A stretch of 64,000 nucleotides of DNA from Scyliorhinus canicula (lineage: Eukaryota), in the NCBI RefSeq assembly GCF_902713615.1, contig NW_024056011.1, positions 124,001-188,000 of the forward strand, in the 5' to 3' direction. Both the position numbers and the translations under genes were made by a program. Under the pieces are notes generated by a model that worked only from the letters and a program-made list of their open reading frames with translations, was not told where the DNA came from and did no database searches. This document shows, piece by piece, positions 22,810 through 35,043 of this stretch. The first letter of the stretch is position 1. Every line of letters starts with the position of its first letter.

Positions 22810-25800
22810 CGAGGGAGTTGTTATGGAAGTCCTGAACATCGACTCTGGATGTCATGAAGTCTTATGGTTTCAGTTTAAACATGGGAAAGGACACCTCATG
22901 TTGATTTACATGTACCGTAGATCATCAGCTGACGAACCAGGACGCCTCCATGTTGATCATCACTTGGAGGAAGCACTGAGGGTGGCAAGGGCACAGAATA
23001 TACTCTGGGGAGGGGCGGGACTTCAATGGCTATCACCAAGAGTGGCTCGATAGTACCACCAAAGACCGAACTGGCCGGGTCCTGAAGGACACAGCTGCTA
23101 GACAGGACTGCAGCAGGTGTTGGGGGAACCAACAAGAGGGAAAACATACTTGACATAATCCTCACCACCCTGCCTGCTGCACATGCATCCGTCCAATACG
23201 GTAACATTGATGACTGCACAGTCCTTGTGGGGATAAATAACCGTCTTCACATTGAGGATACCCTCCATCATGTTCTGTGGCACTACCACGTATTAAATGG
23301 GATCGGCTTCGAACGGATGTCGCAACCCAAGACTGGGAATCCCTGAGACTCTGTGAGCCATCAGCAGCAGCAGAATTGTATTCAACCACAATCTGCAACC
23401 TCATTGCCCTACATATCTCCCACTCTACCATTACCATCAAGCCAGGAGATCAGCACTGTTCAATGAAGGGTATAGGAAAGCATGCCAGAGCAACACCAGA
23501 CATCAGGCGTCAAACTGTTGAAGCTACAACACAGGACTACTTGTGTGCCAAACAGCATGAGCAGCAAGTAATAGACAGAGCTCAGCAATTCCACAACGGA
23601 CGCATCAGATCTAAACTCTGCAGTCCTGCCACATCCAGCCGTGAATGGTCGTGGACAATTAAACAACTCTCTGGAGGAGGAGGCTCCACAAATGTCCCCA
23701 TCCTCAATGATGGAAGAGCCCAGCACATATGTGCAAAAGACAAGGCTGAGGGATTCGCAATAATCTTCAGCCAGAAGTGCCGAGTGGATGATCTATCTCG
23801 GTCTCCTCCGGAGGTCCCCAGCATCACAGATGTAAGTCTTCAGCCAATACGATTCACTCCACTTGGTATCATGAAACTGTGCTCCAGAACGTTCCGCACC
23901 CCTAGCCAAGCTGTCTGGTGCAGTTATAACACTGGCATCTACCTGACGATGTGGAAAATTGCCCAGGAGTGTCCTGTGCACAAGAAACAGGACAAATCCA
24001 AACCAGCCAATCACCACCCTATCAATCTACTCTCCATCATCAGCAAAGTGGTGTAAGGAATAATCAACAATGCTATCAAGCGGCACTTAATCAGCAATCA
24101 CCTGTTCACGGATGCTCAGTTTGGGTTCCGTCAGGGTCCCTCAGCTCCTGACCTTGATTAAAATATGATACCATTACAAGGGGACATAAATTTAAGATAA
24201 ATGGTGGAAGATATAGAGGGGATGTCAGACGTAGGTTCTTTACCCAGAGAGTAGTGGGGGCATGGAATATACTGCCTGTGGAAGTAGTTGAGTCGGAAAC
24301 GTTAGGGACCTTCAAGCGGCTATTGGATAGGAACATGGATTAGGGTAGAATAATGGAGTGTAGATTAACTTCTTCTTAAGGGCAGCACGGTAGCATTGTG
24401 GATAGCACAATTGCTTCACAGCTCCAGGGTCCCGAGTTCGATTTCGACTTGGGTCACTGTCTGTGTGGTGTCTGCACATCCTCCCCGTGGGTGCGTGGGT
24501 TTCCTCCGGGTACTCCGGTTTCCTCCCACAGTCCAAAGATATGCAGGTTGGGTGGATTGGCCATGAAAATTGCTCTTAGTGTCCAAAATTCTATGATTAA
24601 GCTAGGACAAAAGTTCGGCACAACATCGTGGACTGAAGGGCCTGTTCTGTGCTGTATTTCTCTATCTATTGTGCCATAGGTGACGTGAGAGTGACTGCCC
24701 TTGAAGTCAAGGCAACATTTTACCGAGAATGGCATCCAGGAGCCTGAGCAAAATCAGGGAGGAAACTCTCCACTGGATGGAGTCATACCTTGAACAAATG
24801 AAGTTGGATGTGGTGTTGGAGGTCAATCATCTCAGTTCCTGAACACCATAGCAGGAGTTCCTCAGTGTAGTGTCCTCGGCCCAATCATCTTCAGCTGCTT
24901 CATCAATGACCTCCCTACCATGGTAAAGTCAGAATTAGTTGTTCGAAGATGACTGCATAATGTTCAGCACCATTCGCAAAACCACAGATAATAAAGCAGT
25001 CCATTTGCAAATGCAGCAAGACCTGGACAATATCCAGACTTGAGGCTGACAATGGCGAATTACAGCCGCGCCAGACAAGTGTCAGGTAATGATCATCTCC
25101 TACAAGAGAGGATTTAACCATAGTCCCATGACATCCAATGGTATTACCAACGCTCAATTCCCACAATTAACATTTTGGTGGTTACATTGATCAGACATTG
25201 AACTGGATCAGTCATATTAATACTGTGGCTAGCAGAAGGGGTCAATGGTCAGGCGTCTTAAGGCGAGTAACGCGCCCCCTACCTCCCCAACGTTTGTCTA
25301 CCATGCACAGTATGTAAGTCAGGTGTGTAATGGAATACTCCACACTTCCCTGGATAAGTGCAGCTCCAACAACACTCAAGAAGCTCGACACTGTTCAGTA
25401 CAAAGAAGCCCGCTTCATTGTTCCCCCTGTCCACAAACATTAAATTCCCCATCACCGATGAACAGTGGCAGCCGTATGTACCATCTACAAGATGCACTGC
25501 ATGAATCACCTAGGTTGCCTCAGGAAACTCCTTCCAAACCTACGACCACTGCTATCTAGAAGGAGAAGATCAGCATATACCTGGGTAACCCAACACCTGG
25601 AGGTTCCCCTCCAAGTCACTCGCCACGCTCACGGCCGCTGGGGCAACAGCCTGGATCTCGCTCCCTGTCAGCACAGTGGGTGCACCTATACATCAAGGAC
25701 TGAGGCGGTTCAAGTAGGTAGCTCACCACCACCTTCTTAGAGGCAACTACGGATGGGTAATAAATGCTGGTCTAATCAGCGACACCACATCCCATAAATG
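22810..25800 (+). mobile_element. L2/CR1-type LINE ORF2 relic interrupted by a nested insertion at ~24160-24670
   Basis: LEEALRVARAQNILW, ..MWKIAQ.CPVHKKQDKSKPANHHPINLLSIISKV, then a PQ.S region after the insertion. Confidence 0.8.
24160..24670 (+). mobile_element. HER1-like LINE 3' end carrying a SINE (from 24380) inserted in its 3' UTR
   Basis: Matches 13180-13460 with a SINE head GGGCAGCACGGTAGC interposed. Confidence 0.8.
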
Positions 25801-26079
25801 AATTTCTAAAAAATGAGTGCCGGTTAGTTTTCACAATGATAAAGAGGGCTACTTTCTATTCAGCCTCTAAAGTTAGAGTCACAGGATCCTCCTTATTTGG
25901 GTCATGAAACAGAGTACTCGACCAGAACAAGCCTTGTTTACTGAGACAAAAACATTCCTTCATAATTTCATCTTCTGTTCAGAGATAAATTATATTCATA
26001 AGTTCATCTCTGGCCTCTTAGCTCATCTTATTTCTGTCCATTGGATTTCCATGCTTCATGGCTCCATCTGATGCCCTAA

Positions 26080-26710
26080 GTCCACACTTGGAGTATAGTG
26101 TTCAATTCTGGTCGCCACACTAGTTATGAGGAGCATAAACAGAGTGTATATTCAGAGACCTTTTCCCAGGTTAGAGGGGTCAATTACTAGGGGGCTTTGG
26201 TTTAAGGTGCGAGGGGCAAGGTTTAGAGGAGATGTACGAGACAAGTTTTTTAGACAGAGGGTAGTGGGTGCCCTGGAACTCGCTGCCGGTGGAGGTGGTG
26301 GAAGCAGGGACGATAGTGACATTTAAGGGGAATCTTGACAAATACATGAGTAGGATGGGAATGGATGGATATCGTCCCCGGAAGTGTAGAAGATTTTAGT
26401 TTAGACGGGCAGCATAGTTGGCGCAGGCTTGGAGGTTCTTGTGCTGCACTTTTCTTTGTTCTTTGTTGATTGGTCCAGTGAGAACAAACAGAGTTTATCC
26501 AACCTCTGCTCATAACGAATACCCTCCATACCAGGCAACATCCCAGTAAACCACTTTTCTATACTCTCCAAAGCCCCCACATCCTTCAGATAGTGTGGCG
26601 TCCAGAATAGAACACTTTATTCCAAGTGGGGCATAACTAAGGTTCTATACAGCTTCAACATGACTTGCCAATTCTTATACTCAATGCCCCGGCCGATGAA
26701 AGTGAGCATG
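26080..26710. mobile_element. Two CR1 fragments in opposite orientation
   Basis: HLEYSVQFWSPH and FRGDVR..FF.QRVV on plus; a related piece on minus. Confidence 0.65.
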
Positions 26711-27479
26711 CTTTAAGAGGTAACTGGGCAAACGACAAACTGACCCCTCCCAGTATTTCCTTTATTTCCAGAGATCACATCTTTTTCTAATGTGAGTAAT
26801 ACCCATGTGGGCAGATTTTCATGCACAGTTTTGTTCAGTTCCGGTTACCCATGGGCTTTGAACCAGCTTCGCCAGCCTCTTTCCGGAGAACTATAATACA
26901 CAGCAGTATGACAACGTGCGCTGCAAAGGGCCAATGTGCTGATCCTTCATCAGGTGAAGCCGTTTTATACTGTACCTATTTATAATACATCTTATGGTTC
27001 CAGATGTTTAAATATATCTTTGCAACAGGATAAAAAAAATAGAATATTAACGTCAGACTATATTCATTAAGTATTAATGTCTTAATGATTAAGAGAATCT
27101 CCATGCAGCGTTTGAATTGGTTACAACACCAAACCCCAAGTGTGTCTCCTTCGGGAACATTTTCACAACGATGTTGCCTTCTCCCCACTTCCCGCCACCA
27201 GGAGTAAAGAGAATTTCATCTTTATAGACAATTCATCAGTTCAGATGTGACCAGCTGCAGAAGACAGCGGTAGATCAACAGCCCACGTCGTTTTGTGGGG
27301 CGAACAAAGTCCAATTGCAGCCAATCAAATAGCGGTAAAATCACGTGACAGAAATCATCACTGCTGATGGCAACACGAACCGACTGGCGGCTGTGCGCAG
27401 ACGCTCTGAGTTCTTCTGATGTGAGCTCTGCTCCTCTCCTTTTCACATTTTAATAAAAATGATATATTACACGGTGCAA

Positions 27480-28051
27480 ATGCAGCTGCTCCCTGTCGTT
27501 CTCGTACTACTGACCTGTAAGTACAGGGGACTTACTCAATAATATGTGGATATGGTATATTTATTATTTTAAAAATAAATTTAGAGTACCCAATTTATTT
27601 TTTCTAACTCGGGCAATTTAGCGTGGCCAATCCACCGATCCTGCACATCTTTGGGTTGTGGGGGCGAAACCCACGCAAACACCGGGAGAATGGGGAAACT
27701 CCACACGGACATCTATAATGTATTTATATTCACCTTGCTCCAATTTCTCTTTTATTTTACAGGTCGATGTGGCTCGGACCAAGTGTCCCAGTCTCCCATT
27801 GCGACAACAACCCAGAGCGGAGATCCAGTGCAAATAAACTGCAGCTATGACATGTCCGGATTTTACGGAATGTATTGGTACAGACAGAAAACCGGTCAAA
27901 GACCGGAGTGGATAATAAGCAGATTCTCGGCTGGCAAAGAGAGAAAGGACCGATTCGAATTGGAACTTTCCACTGCGGATAAACGGGGCCAATTGGTGAT
28001 TGAAGACACGGAGAGCGCGGACGCCGCTGTGTATTACTGTGCGATAGAGCC
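27480..28051 (+). CDS. TCR alpha-type V gene segment (leader 27480-27516 + V exon 27763-28051), ORF intact
   Basis: Leader MQLLPVVLVLLT ends T|GTAAGT (an in-frame upstream ATG lies at 27459). V exon ..INCSYDMSGFYGMYWYRQ..ADAAVYYCAIE. Confidence 0.93.
27560..27710 (-). mobile_element. Truncated SINE in the V leader intron
   Basis: Matches the 3' half of the 13703-13923 SINE. Confidence 0.8.
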
Positions 28052-28089
28052 CACACTGAGAGGAAAGGCGCAGTCACTGTACAAAAACC
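28052..28089 (+). other. RSS with heptamer CACACTG and 22-bp spacer
   Basis: CACACTG + 22 bp + ACAAAAACC. Confidence 0.85.
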
Positions 28090-28284
28090 TCACGCCTCGT
28101 TACCATTCCGGAGAAGCTGCAGCAATGTCCTCACTAACACAGGGCGGGCAAGGTGGGCGAGAATGAGAGCAAGAAAGGGAGGCTCTGAGCGGGGCTTGAT
28201 CATTCCCTTACGAAGCAGCTTTGACCAGAGATACTGATGGTCAAGGTATAAAGTGGCCGATTGAAGAACCGGTCTCTCAATGAG

Positions 28285-28385
28285 CCAGCCTCCCCGAACA
28301 GGCGCCGGAATGTGGCGACTAGGGGCTTCTCACAGTAACTTCGTTTGAAGCCTACTTGTGACAACAAGCGATTTTCATTTCATTT
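28285..28385 (+). mobile_element. Second SINE family, 3' part
   Basis: CCTCCCCGAACAGGCGCCGGAATGTGGCGACTAGGGGC..AAGCGATTTTCATTT; also present at 30375, 61270 and 63745. Confidence 0.8.
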
Positions 28386-30374
28386 TTTTAATGTTGGTAT
28401 GTGACGTCTGACTGTCAATATTAATAAAATTCTACTGTACGTTTCATGACTGCTTTTAAAGTGTCCATACTCTGCTGCGGATTTCTTCCCGTTCTTAATC
28501 CTTAGGAATCATCAACCGTAAAAGACCAGAACAATTCTCAGAGAAGGTTTCCATAGAGACCAATTTAATATTTTTCCCTCGTGGGTGGCAGGAAATTCGA
28601 TTTCACCCCGCGCCAATGACCTCGTTTTGATGGTGACAGTGAGTAAAGTAAACTTAAAAACATCTTCCTGCGCAGGGCCCAGACAGACCCTGTCTATCAG
28701 TCTCTGCCTCATCAGCCGGCTTACCTCTCTAAAGGAATTTATGGCATTCAGCTGCATTCTTCCATGGTAACATGGAAATATTACAATTAATGGTAGGTGG
28801 GCATTGTGATTAGCAGCAGCAGGTTGAAAGTAACTATTCTGATTTGGCATAGTTGGAACGCTCTTGCATCTGAGACAGGAGGTCCAGCTTTTAAATCTAA
28901 GTGCCGTGACTTGAGACCAAATAGTCGGTTGCTCCTTCCCCTGCTATTAACAGGAACGTTGATGTGTTTTCAAGCCAAAGCGATAGAAATTATGTTTGTG
29001 GGGTCAGTCTATGACGTGGAAGGAGTGATGGGAAAAAAACAATGTTGTTGTGGTGCCAATTCCAGAGTTTCTTCAGACCTTCTGATTGGACACGCTGTCT
29101 ACAGCCTAAATAGGAAGCGTAATAGGCAGGCAGCTGAGGGACGTGGACAGAACAATATGGTAAATTATACAAATAGAAATGAAATGGGGACTGCCCAAAA
29201 GGTTTGAGAAAATTATTGTTGGGCAAACAAGTAGAATGAGTGATATTTGGGAAAAGAGAACAGAAGGGAGAATGGAGTTTTAAAGTGAAGGAACTATTTT
29301 CTGAGAATTAAGGTAACGATGAGGATCGGAACCATTGTATCCTCATAACCGTTCCTGAATCAGCCCCTCTTCAATGGAGGCAGTGATCAGCTAGAGCAGA
29401 AATACAGATTGCCAGACCACTCCGTTGCTGATCTATCCAATACCAGTTCCTGGGCCATGTACAGCAATGTCTCCAACAGCACAATCATTTCAGAGCGAGA
29501 GCAGCAAACGGAAGTTGACACCGCAGACTCAAAACTAGTCAAACTGTGCGGCTGTTGTCAGCTGCAGTTGCAACTGTTGGAGCGGAAATAATAACGGTCG
29601 AATCCCCAGAACTTTGCGTCTGTCCTGCACCTTTTCACTGCTCAAGTGACTGAGAACGAATAGTGAGAGAGGCATGAAGGTCCAAAAATCAGGGAGCATT
29701 GTGGAATGGAATGAGAATCCGGCTTGCCGTATCTGTGACTACTTGAAAATGCTATCCAAATCGTCTTTCACATCCCACAAATTACATACTGCCTTCCCTT
29801 TTCAGATTATGAAATTCTCTTTTGAAATTGGCTATTGAATCTTCTTTCATCATTTTGTGTGTCCTACTCTATATATTAGCAGATAGCATATTATTAATAA
29901 ATACATCATTCTCTATCATGTTTTCTATTAAATCAGGATGCTTTGTTTATTGCTTCTGCTGTTAATGGAAACAATTACAAATGGTCTACTCTCTCGAAAA
30001 GGTATGTTATTCGACACAACATTTGAGTCTTCCTTCTACCTCCTTTCTTACAAGCAAACGAATCCAAAGTTCTCTGATATTTTATATAAACGCCCCTTGA
30101 AAGTCCAAACACTATATCTCCTTTGCCGTGCACATGATTTGGATAGAGACGGCTAGCCAAGATTTAATCGATTTAGCATCACTTTTTGACATAAACATCA
30201 ACAGTAGCAAAAACTATTTCTAAGCAGATCCAGTGTAGATTTCTCGGAGCATTCGTGTCGTCTTGTGTATTTCAATACACCCTAAATCAGTTCAGTTGGT
30301 CGCATTCTATGATTCTGTGGTTCTGACAGGAATGAAACTAAGAGGGCGCCACGTTCAAACATATTTGCGTAGAC

Positions 30375-30680
30375 TTCCCTGGTTTAGCACACTGGGCTAA
30401 ACTGCTGGCTGGTATTGCAGAACAAGGCAGCAGCGAGGATTCAATTCCCGGACCGGTCTCCCCGAACAGGAGCCGAAATGTGGCGACTCGGGGCTTTTCA
30501 CAGTAACTTCATTTAAATTTACTGGTGACAATATGCGATTACTTTTCATGAATAGGATGGGAATAGAGGGATACGGACCCCGGAAGTGTAGAAGATTTTA
30601 GTTTAGACAGGCAGCATGGTCGGCGCAGGATTGGAGGGCCGACAGGCCTGTTCCTGTGCTGTACTTTTCTTTGTTCTTTC
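30375..30680 (+). mobile_element. Second-family SINE (30375-30545) followed by a CR1 3' tail
   Basis: GGTTTAGCACACTGGGCTAAAC head, then GGATGGGAATAGAGGGATACGG..CCTGTGCTGTAC. Confidence 0.75.
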
Positions 30681-30736
30681 ATGGGGATGATGAAGTTCTG
30701 CGACGGACCATTATAGCCAATAAGCGTCGTAGTCTC

Positions 30737-30788
30737 AGTGAGGTCACAAAGGGCCTGGCCCGCTGCAATGTGTCGAAGGACCAATCAG
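30737..30788 (+). promoter_or_regulatory. V promoter: decamer-like AGTGAGGTCA + CCAATCAG
   Basis: Located 70-120 bp upstream of the leader ATG at 30857. Confidence 0.55.
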
Positions 30789-30856
30789 ATGTACAGAGAC
30801 CAGGTTCCCCCCTCCTCTCAATCTCTGCCTCATTCCATTCCGATTCACTCAGAGAG

Positions 30857-31374
30857 ATGCAGTCAGACATGTTTCTGTTAATACTGGCGACGCTATTGGG
30901 CGGTAAGTAATTGTCATTACTCACCATGCCAGATTAGCAGGCTATAGATTGCAATAACATTCAATGTAATTTACGATCAGAAATGATAAGTACAGTTGAG
31001 TTTCCACAAATTACGCATATACAAACAAATTTAGATCAATTAAGATTAAACTCTTCATGCTTCATTTCTCTACCTTCACAGGCGGGCAAAGTGCAAATCC
31101 AGTCACTCAGTCACCGGTGACAGAAACTGCGTCAGAAGGGGAATCAGCGCGGTTAGATTGTGAATACACAGACCCCAATATGGACTACATGCAATGGTAT
31201 CAGCAGAAAACGGCACAACCACCAATCCGGATTATTAGCAATGCATTAGCTCTGAAGGAAGAGAAAGTTTCAGGACGATACCTGGCGGCTGCTGACAAGT
31301 CTAAACAGAACGGTTACCTCAATATAAGCGCCCTCAGTGTGGATGACGGGGCTGTCTATTACTGTGCAGTGAGG
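30857..31374 (+). CDS. TCR alpha-type V gene segment (leader 30857-30902 + V exon 31082-31374), apparently functional
   Basis: 46-nt leader MQSDMFLLILATLLG ends G|GTAAGT. V exon ..RLDCEY..MQWYQQ..DDGAVYYCAVR. Confidence 0.95.
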
Positions 31375-31413
31375 CACAGCGTTAGAAAGCAGATAGAGCA
31401 CCGTACAAAAACC
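31375..31413 (+). other. 23-RSS (heptamer CACAGCG)
   Basis: CACAGCG + 23 bp + ACAAAAACC. Confidence 0.92.
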
Positions 31414-32659
31414 TCAGCGAGTATTCACAGCTCCACTAAGTCTGCTTCCCTGCCCTTGTCCGCGGGAATTGTTTGATCCTGGATTCACCTGCACAGTCAG
31501 GTCTATTTATCAGACAGTTATATTGGTGTCTCCGCTCTTCTGCGGGTGAACAGAGGAGCAATTTGGGAAATCACGAGAATCATCTCCATGCCGTGATGTA
31601 CATGGTAAATTAAAACTTGGAATACCCGCGTATTAGCAAGGGTAATGAAAACTCTCAGATGTGGAGATAATGTTGCCGGAAATTATAGTTTGCTCTTCCA
31701 GAGCCGTTAACTCAGGTGAGCCCAAGGCCGCTGAGTCTGTCCCGTACGTTCCTGTACCAAAACAGAGAGTGTGTCAAACTCTCCTGTTGTATTTAAGACA
31801 TTAAATTCAGAATAAGAATTTCAACAGAGCCCCACGGGGTAACACGATTGCTAATATCATGCAGGATCATTGTGTCTACTTTAGGCTGCAGTAGAAAATC
31901 GAATTTTCGATCGAAAACGCATCTCTTGCCTGTTGCTAGGTTCCTCCGATAAGGGACGTGCTCCCGAGCAGCATGGATCACGGCGAGGGCTCTCACACCC
32001 AGGGCGCTCGGCTTAAATAGAAAATCGACTTCTCGATCGATAATACTTGAAGTGCAAATAAAAGAGATTAATACACATTGATGGCAATATAATTAACGAT
32101 CGGAAATATCCATATGATGTGTAACTGGGAGATTTGAAAACCTATCTCAGATAAAAGCAATGTGGTTGAACCTTAATTGCCCGCAAGGCCAATGATTGGC
32201 AATAAAAGCATGAGCAAATTCTAAAAGAAAATCAATTGTTGCGGAACATAATACATGAAATGTAAAATAACTGCCACAGAGACTCGCCAAACAAGACGAC
32301 TAATATTACCAGCCCGTGCCATGGGAAGTACATGATGCCGGGTTTAGCGTAGAATAGAAAATCGATTTATTGATCGATAATGTTTTAAGTGCAAATAAAA
32401 GCAAATTAATTACTGTGGACGCTGGAATGGAATGTGAAATAAAACCAAAAATAACTGGACAATCCCAGCAGGTCTGACAGCATCTGTGAAGAGAAAAGGG
32501 AGCTCACGTTTCGATTGTGGACGACCCTTTGTCAAAGCTGAGAATGTGGATGTTGAGTTGTTTAAGGGTTTACCGAAATACATACCAAGCCACAAATGCG
32601 TCCCAGAAATCTAAACTGCAGCGGTTTAGACATTGTCTTCGTTATTGTTGATGTTTATG

Positions 32660-33020
32660 TCAGAAAACGATGAGGGGCATAGATAGGGTAGCAGGAAGGA
32701 ACTTTTCCGCTGAGTAGATGGGCTAATAGCCAGTGGGAATACACTTAACTTAAGGGGCAGGAGGTTAGAGGGGATTTGAGGAAACCACTTTTACCCAGAG
32801 GGTGATGCGAACCTGGAACTCACTGCGTGAAATGGTGATAGAGGCTGTAACCCTCACACCATTTATAAAGCATTTAGATAAGCACTTCAAACGGCATTGA
32901 ATACAAGGCTATGGGCCAACTGATGGAAAATTCAATTAGAATCGATGAGTTTTTGATGGCCAGTCCATGCGCGCTGGGCTGAAGGGCCTCTTTTGAGCTG
33001 TAAAGCGATATAGTTCTATG
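32660..33020 (+). mobile_element. CR1 3' fragment
   Basis: ..TQRV...WNSLREMVIEA..FIKHLD pattern plus tail. Confidence 0.6.
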
Positions 33021-33410
33021 ACTCTAAGTGGGAGGGTGAAGTGGTCTAGGGAGGAAATTACCGAGCTTTGTGTCCAGGCAGCTGAAGGCACGGCCAGCGA
33101 TAGTGGAGTGGTTAAAATAGGAGTGCTCTTTCAGAGGGTCAGCGGCGACTCGATGGACCGAATGGTATCCTTCTGCCTGTAGGCTTTTTGTATATTGACT
33201 CACTGAACACCGTGATGATTATTATCTCAAAGCACCATGGAGACATGCTGTCCCGTTGAGACTTCTACAGAAAATAATTGAACTTAAATGGATTTTGGCC
33301 CTTCTGTTCTGATATTAAAGAGTACACTCATATCAGGAACAAGCCTAATTGTGTCTGTCTATCAATGTGAGAGCGCCCTCTGCCGAGAAATGACTGGAAC
33401 TCCCAGTGTG

Positions 33411-33450
33411 AGTGTTTGTACGGGACCCTCTATAACTCTGCAGCAGTGTG
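33411..33450 (-). other. Degenerate RSS with 24-bp spacer
   Basis: CACACTG + 24 bp + ACAAACACT. Confidence 0.75.
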
Positions 33451-33873
33451 GGCTCCATGGCGCAGAAATACACGGCACTGTCGGAAAGATCAGCCACGGC
33501 GATATTTAGAGGAACCGTTTGGTTTTCTTTGTGCAAAGCAGCCGAAGAACCTGGCCTGGAAATCTGGAGACTTACCCGGACTACCCTAAATATAGATTCT
33601 CATTACATTCCTCGGAGGATTCCCGTGATACTGAATGTACCAGAAAATAGTTTCCAAAACAGCTGTGTATCTACAGTCCAGCTTAATACTCTGTCCTTCC
33701 AGAACCGTTATCTCAGATCGATCCTGGGACACTGAGTCTTCACCATTTCTTCCTGGAACGAAACACAAAATGTTTTCAATATCTGGGAGTGAAGATAGCA
33801 CACAGTGAACATTAGAACATCGACTCACCAGGCAACTTAACCTCATTATCAGTCACCAACATGGGAAATACAT
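33451..33873 (-). pseudogene. TCR V pseudogene (leader 33873-33829, V exon 33752-33451)
   Basis: Leader contains TGA and is 45 nt. V exon has TAG at 33586-33588 and a +1 frameshift before LHKENQTVPLNI..DSAVYFCAME. Confidence 0.9.
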
Positions 33874-34181
33874 GGTGTCTGGATTAGAGTCCGACAGGAA
33901 TCAATCAGATTTTGAATATGTTCTGGTATTAAAGAGAAAATTCAGATTAATGAATGCTTCAGCTACTGGGAAAAGAAAGGGCATTTCCCAGAGACATGAT
34001 TGGCTAAACTGTTGAAACTGTTGACAGTTGGGCACCAAGCGTGAACAATACCTCCGGACCAAGAAGCCCAATTTTAAGATCGAGCCGAAGCAAAATATAA
34101 CGTATGTTAACTTCGATATCAGTCCTACAGCTCACGTTTTTTTTTATGTTGAGACATCTGTTTTTTAAATTCACCTGAGAT

Positions 34182-34265
34182 TCACCTGAGGAAGGAGCAG
34201 TGCTCCGAAAGCTAGTGTTTGAAACAAACATGTTGGACTTTAACCTGGTGTTGACAGACTTCTTA
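34182..34265 (+). mobile_element. Penelope-like terminal fragment with hammerhead core, inserted in the tRNA-array unit
   Basis: TTCAC-CTGAGGA-A-GGAGCAGTGCTCC-GAAA-GCTA-GTG; absent from the paralogous unit at ~36150. Confidence 0.7.
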
Positions 34266-34377
34266 CAGTTTATTTTAAAGGAACAGCTGTTGTCTTGTAA
34301 TAAGTGACCTGGCCTCTCAACCAGACCATTAGAGTCTGCAGCAACACAGTGAGGTTGCACATTTCACACGTCCGCGG

Positions 34378-34422
34378 ATTGCTGTAGTGTAGTGGTTATT
34401 ACAATCACCACACACGCGAAAA
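34378..34422 (+). pseudogene. tRNA-Val 5' fragment truncated by a deletion
   Basis: CTGTAGTGTAGTGGTTATTAC..CACACGCGAAA is joined to sequence that lies ~570 bp further on in the 36 kb unit. Confidence 0.7.
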
Positions 34423-34953
34423 TGACGAAAATATCTCGGACACAATGAAAAGGGAATGTAAATGAGGCTAATCAAGGCTAAAGGTGATGGCGCATTAAGA
34501 GATCAGAATGTGTTAATAGCAGAACAAAGGTAAGCAGTGCGTCAGACAACAATTGCCAACAGGGATCAGATTGCTGAAGTAGGATGGGATGGGCTGGGGG
34601 GAGGGGGGCAATGCTGAGGGTAAAACACATCAATGGAAGAAATGAAAATAAGTTGATGGAAATAAACAAGTGTGTCGGGGGCAGAGAGAGTTCACAGTCT
34701 GAAGTTGCTGAACTGAATAAAATGAAACAGACCGAGAGCTGCCTGAATCCAGCAGAGTTAGTGAATAGAGATAAGTGAATGACCACTCATCGACATGTTG
34801 ATCGAAAATGTTTCGATTTTCTCGGGAACGCCTTGGTTCCCTGCAGTTTGAGCTCACCTTCTCAAAGCAAACCCAATGTGAATGAATCCCGCCGTCAGCG
34901 CCGCAACGAAATGAAGAAAACATGCGGCTTGACCAACGGAAAACCTCATTAAA

Positions 34954-35043
34954 GGGCTCGTCCGTGATTTGAACGAGGGACCTCTCGCAAATACCGACAG
35001 CGAGGCACAAAACGCGTGAATCATACCCCTAGACCAACGAGCC
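34954..35043 (-). pseudogene. tRNA-Pro-derived pseudogene with 18-nt intron-like insertion (34990-35007)
   Basis: GGCTCGTTGGTCTAGGGGTATGATTC..GCGAGAGGTCC..TTCAAAT..ACGAGCCC; anticodon loop mutated to GT-TTT-G. Confidence 0.85.
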
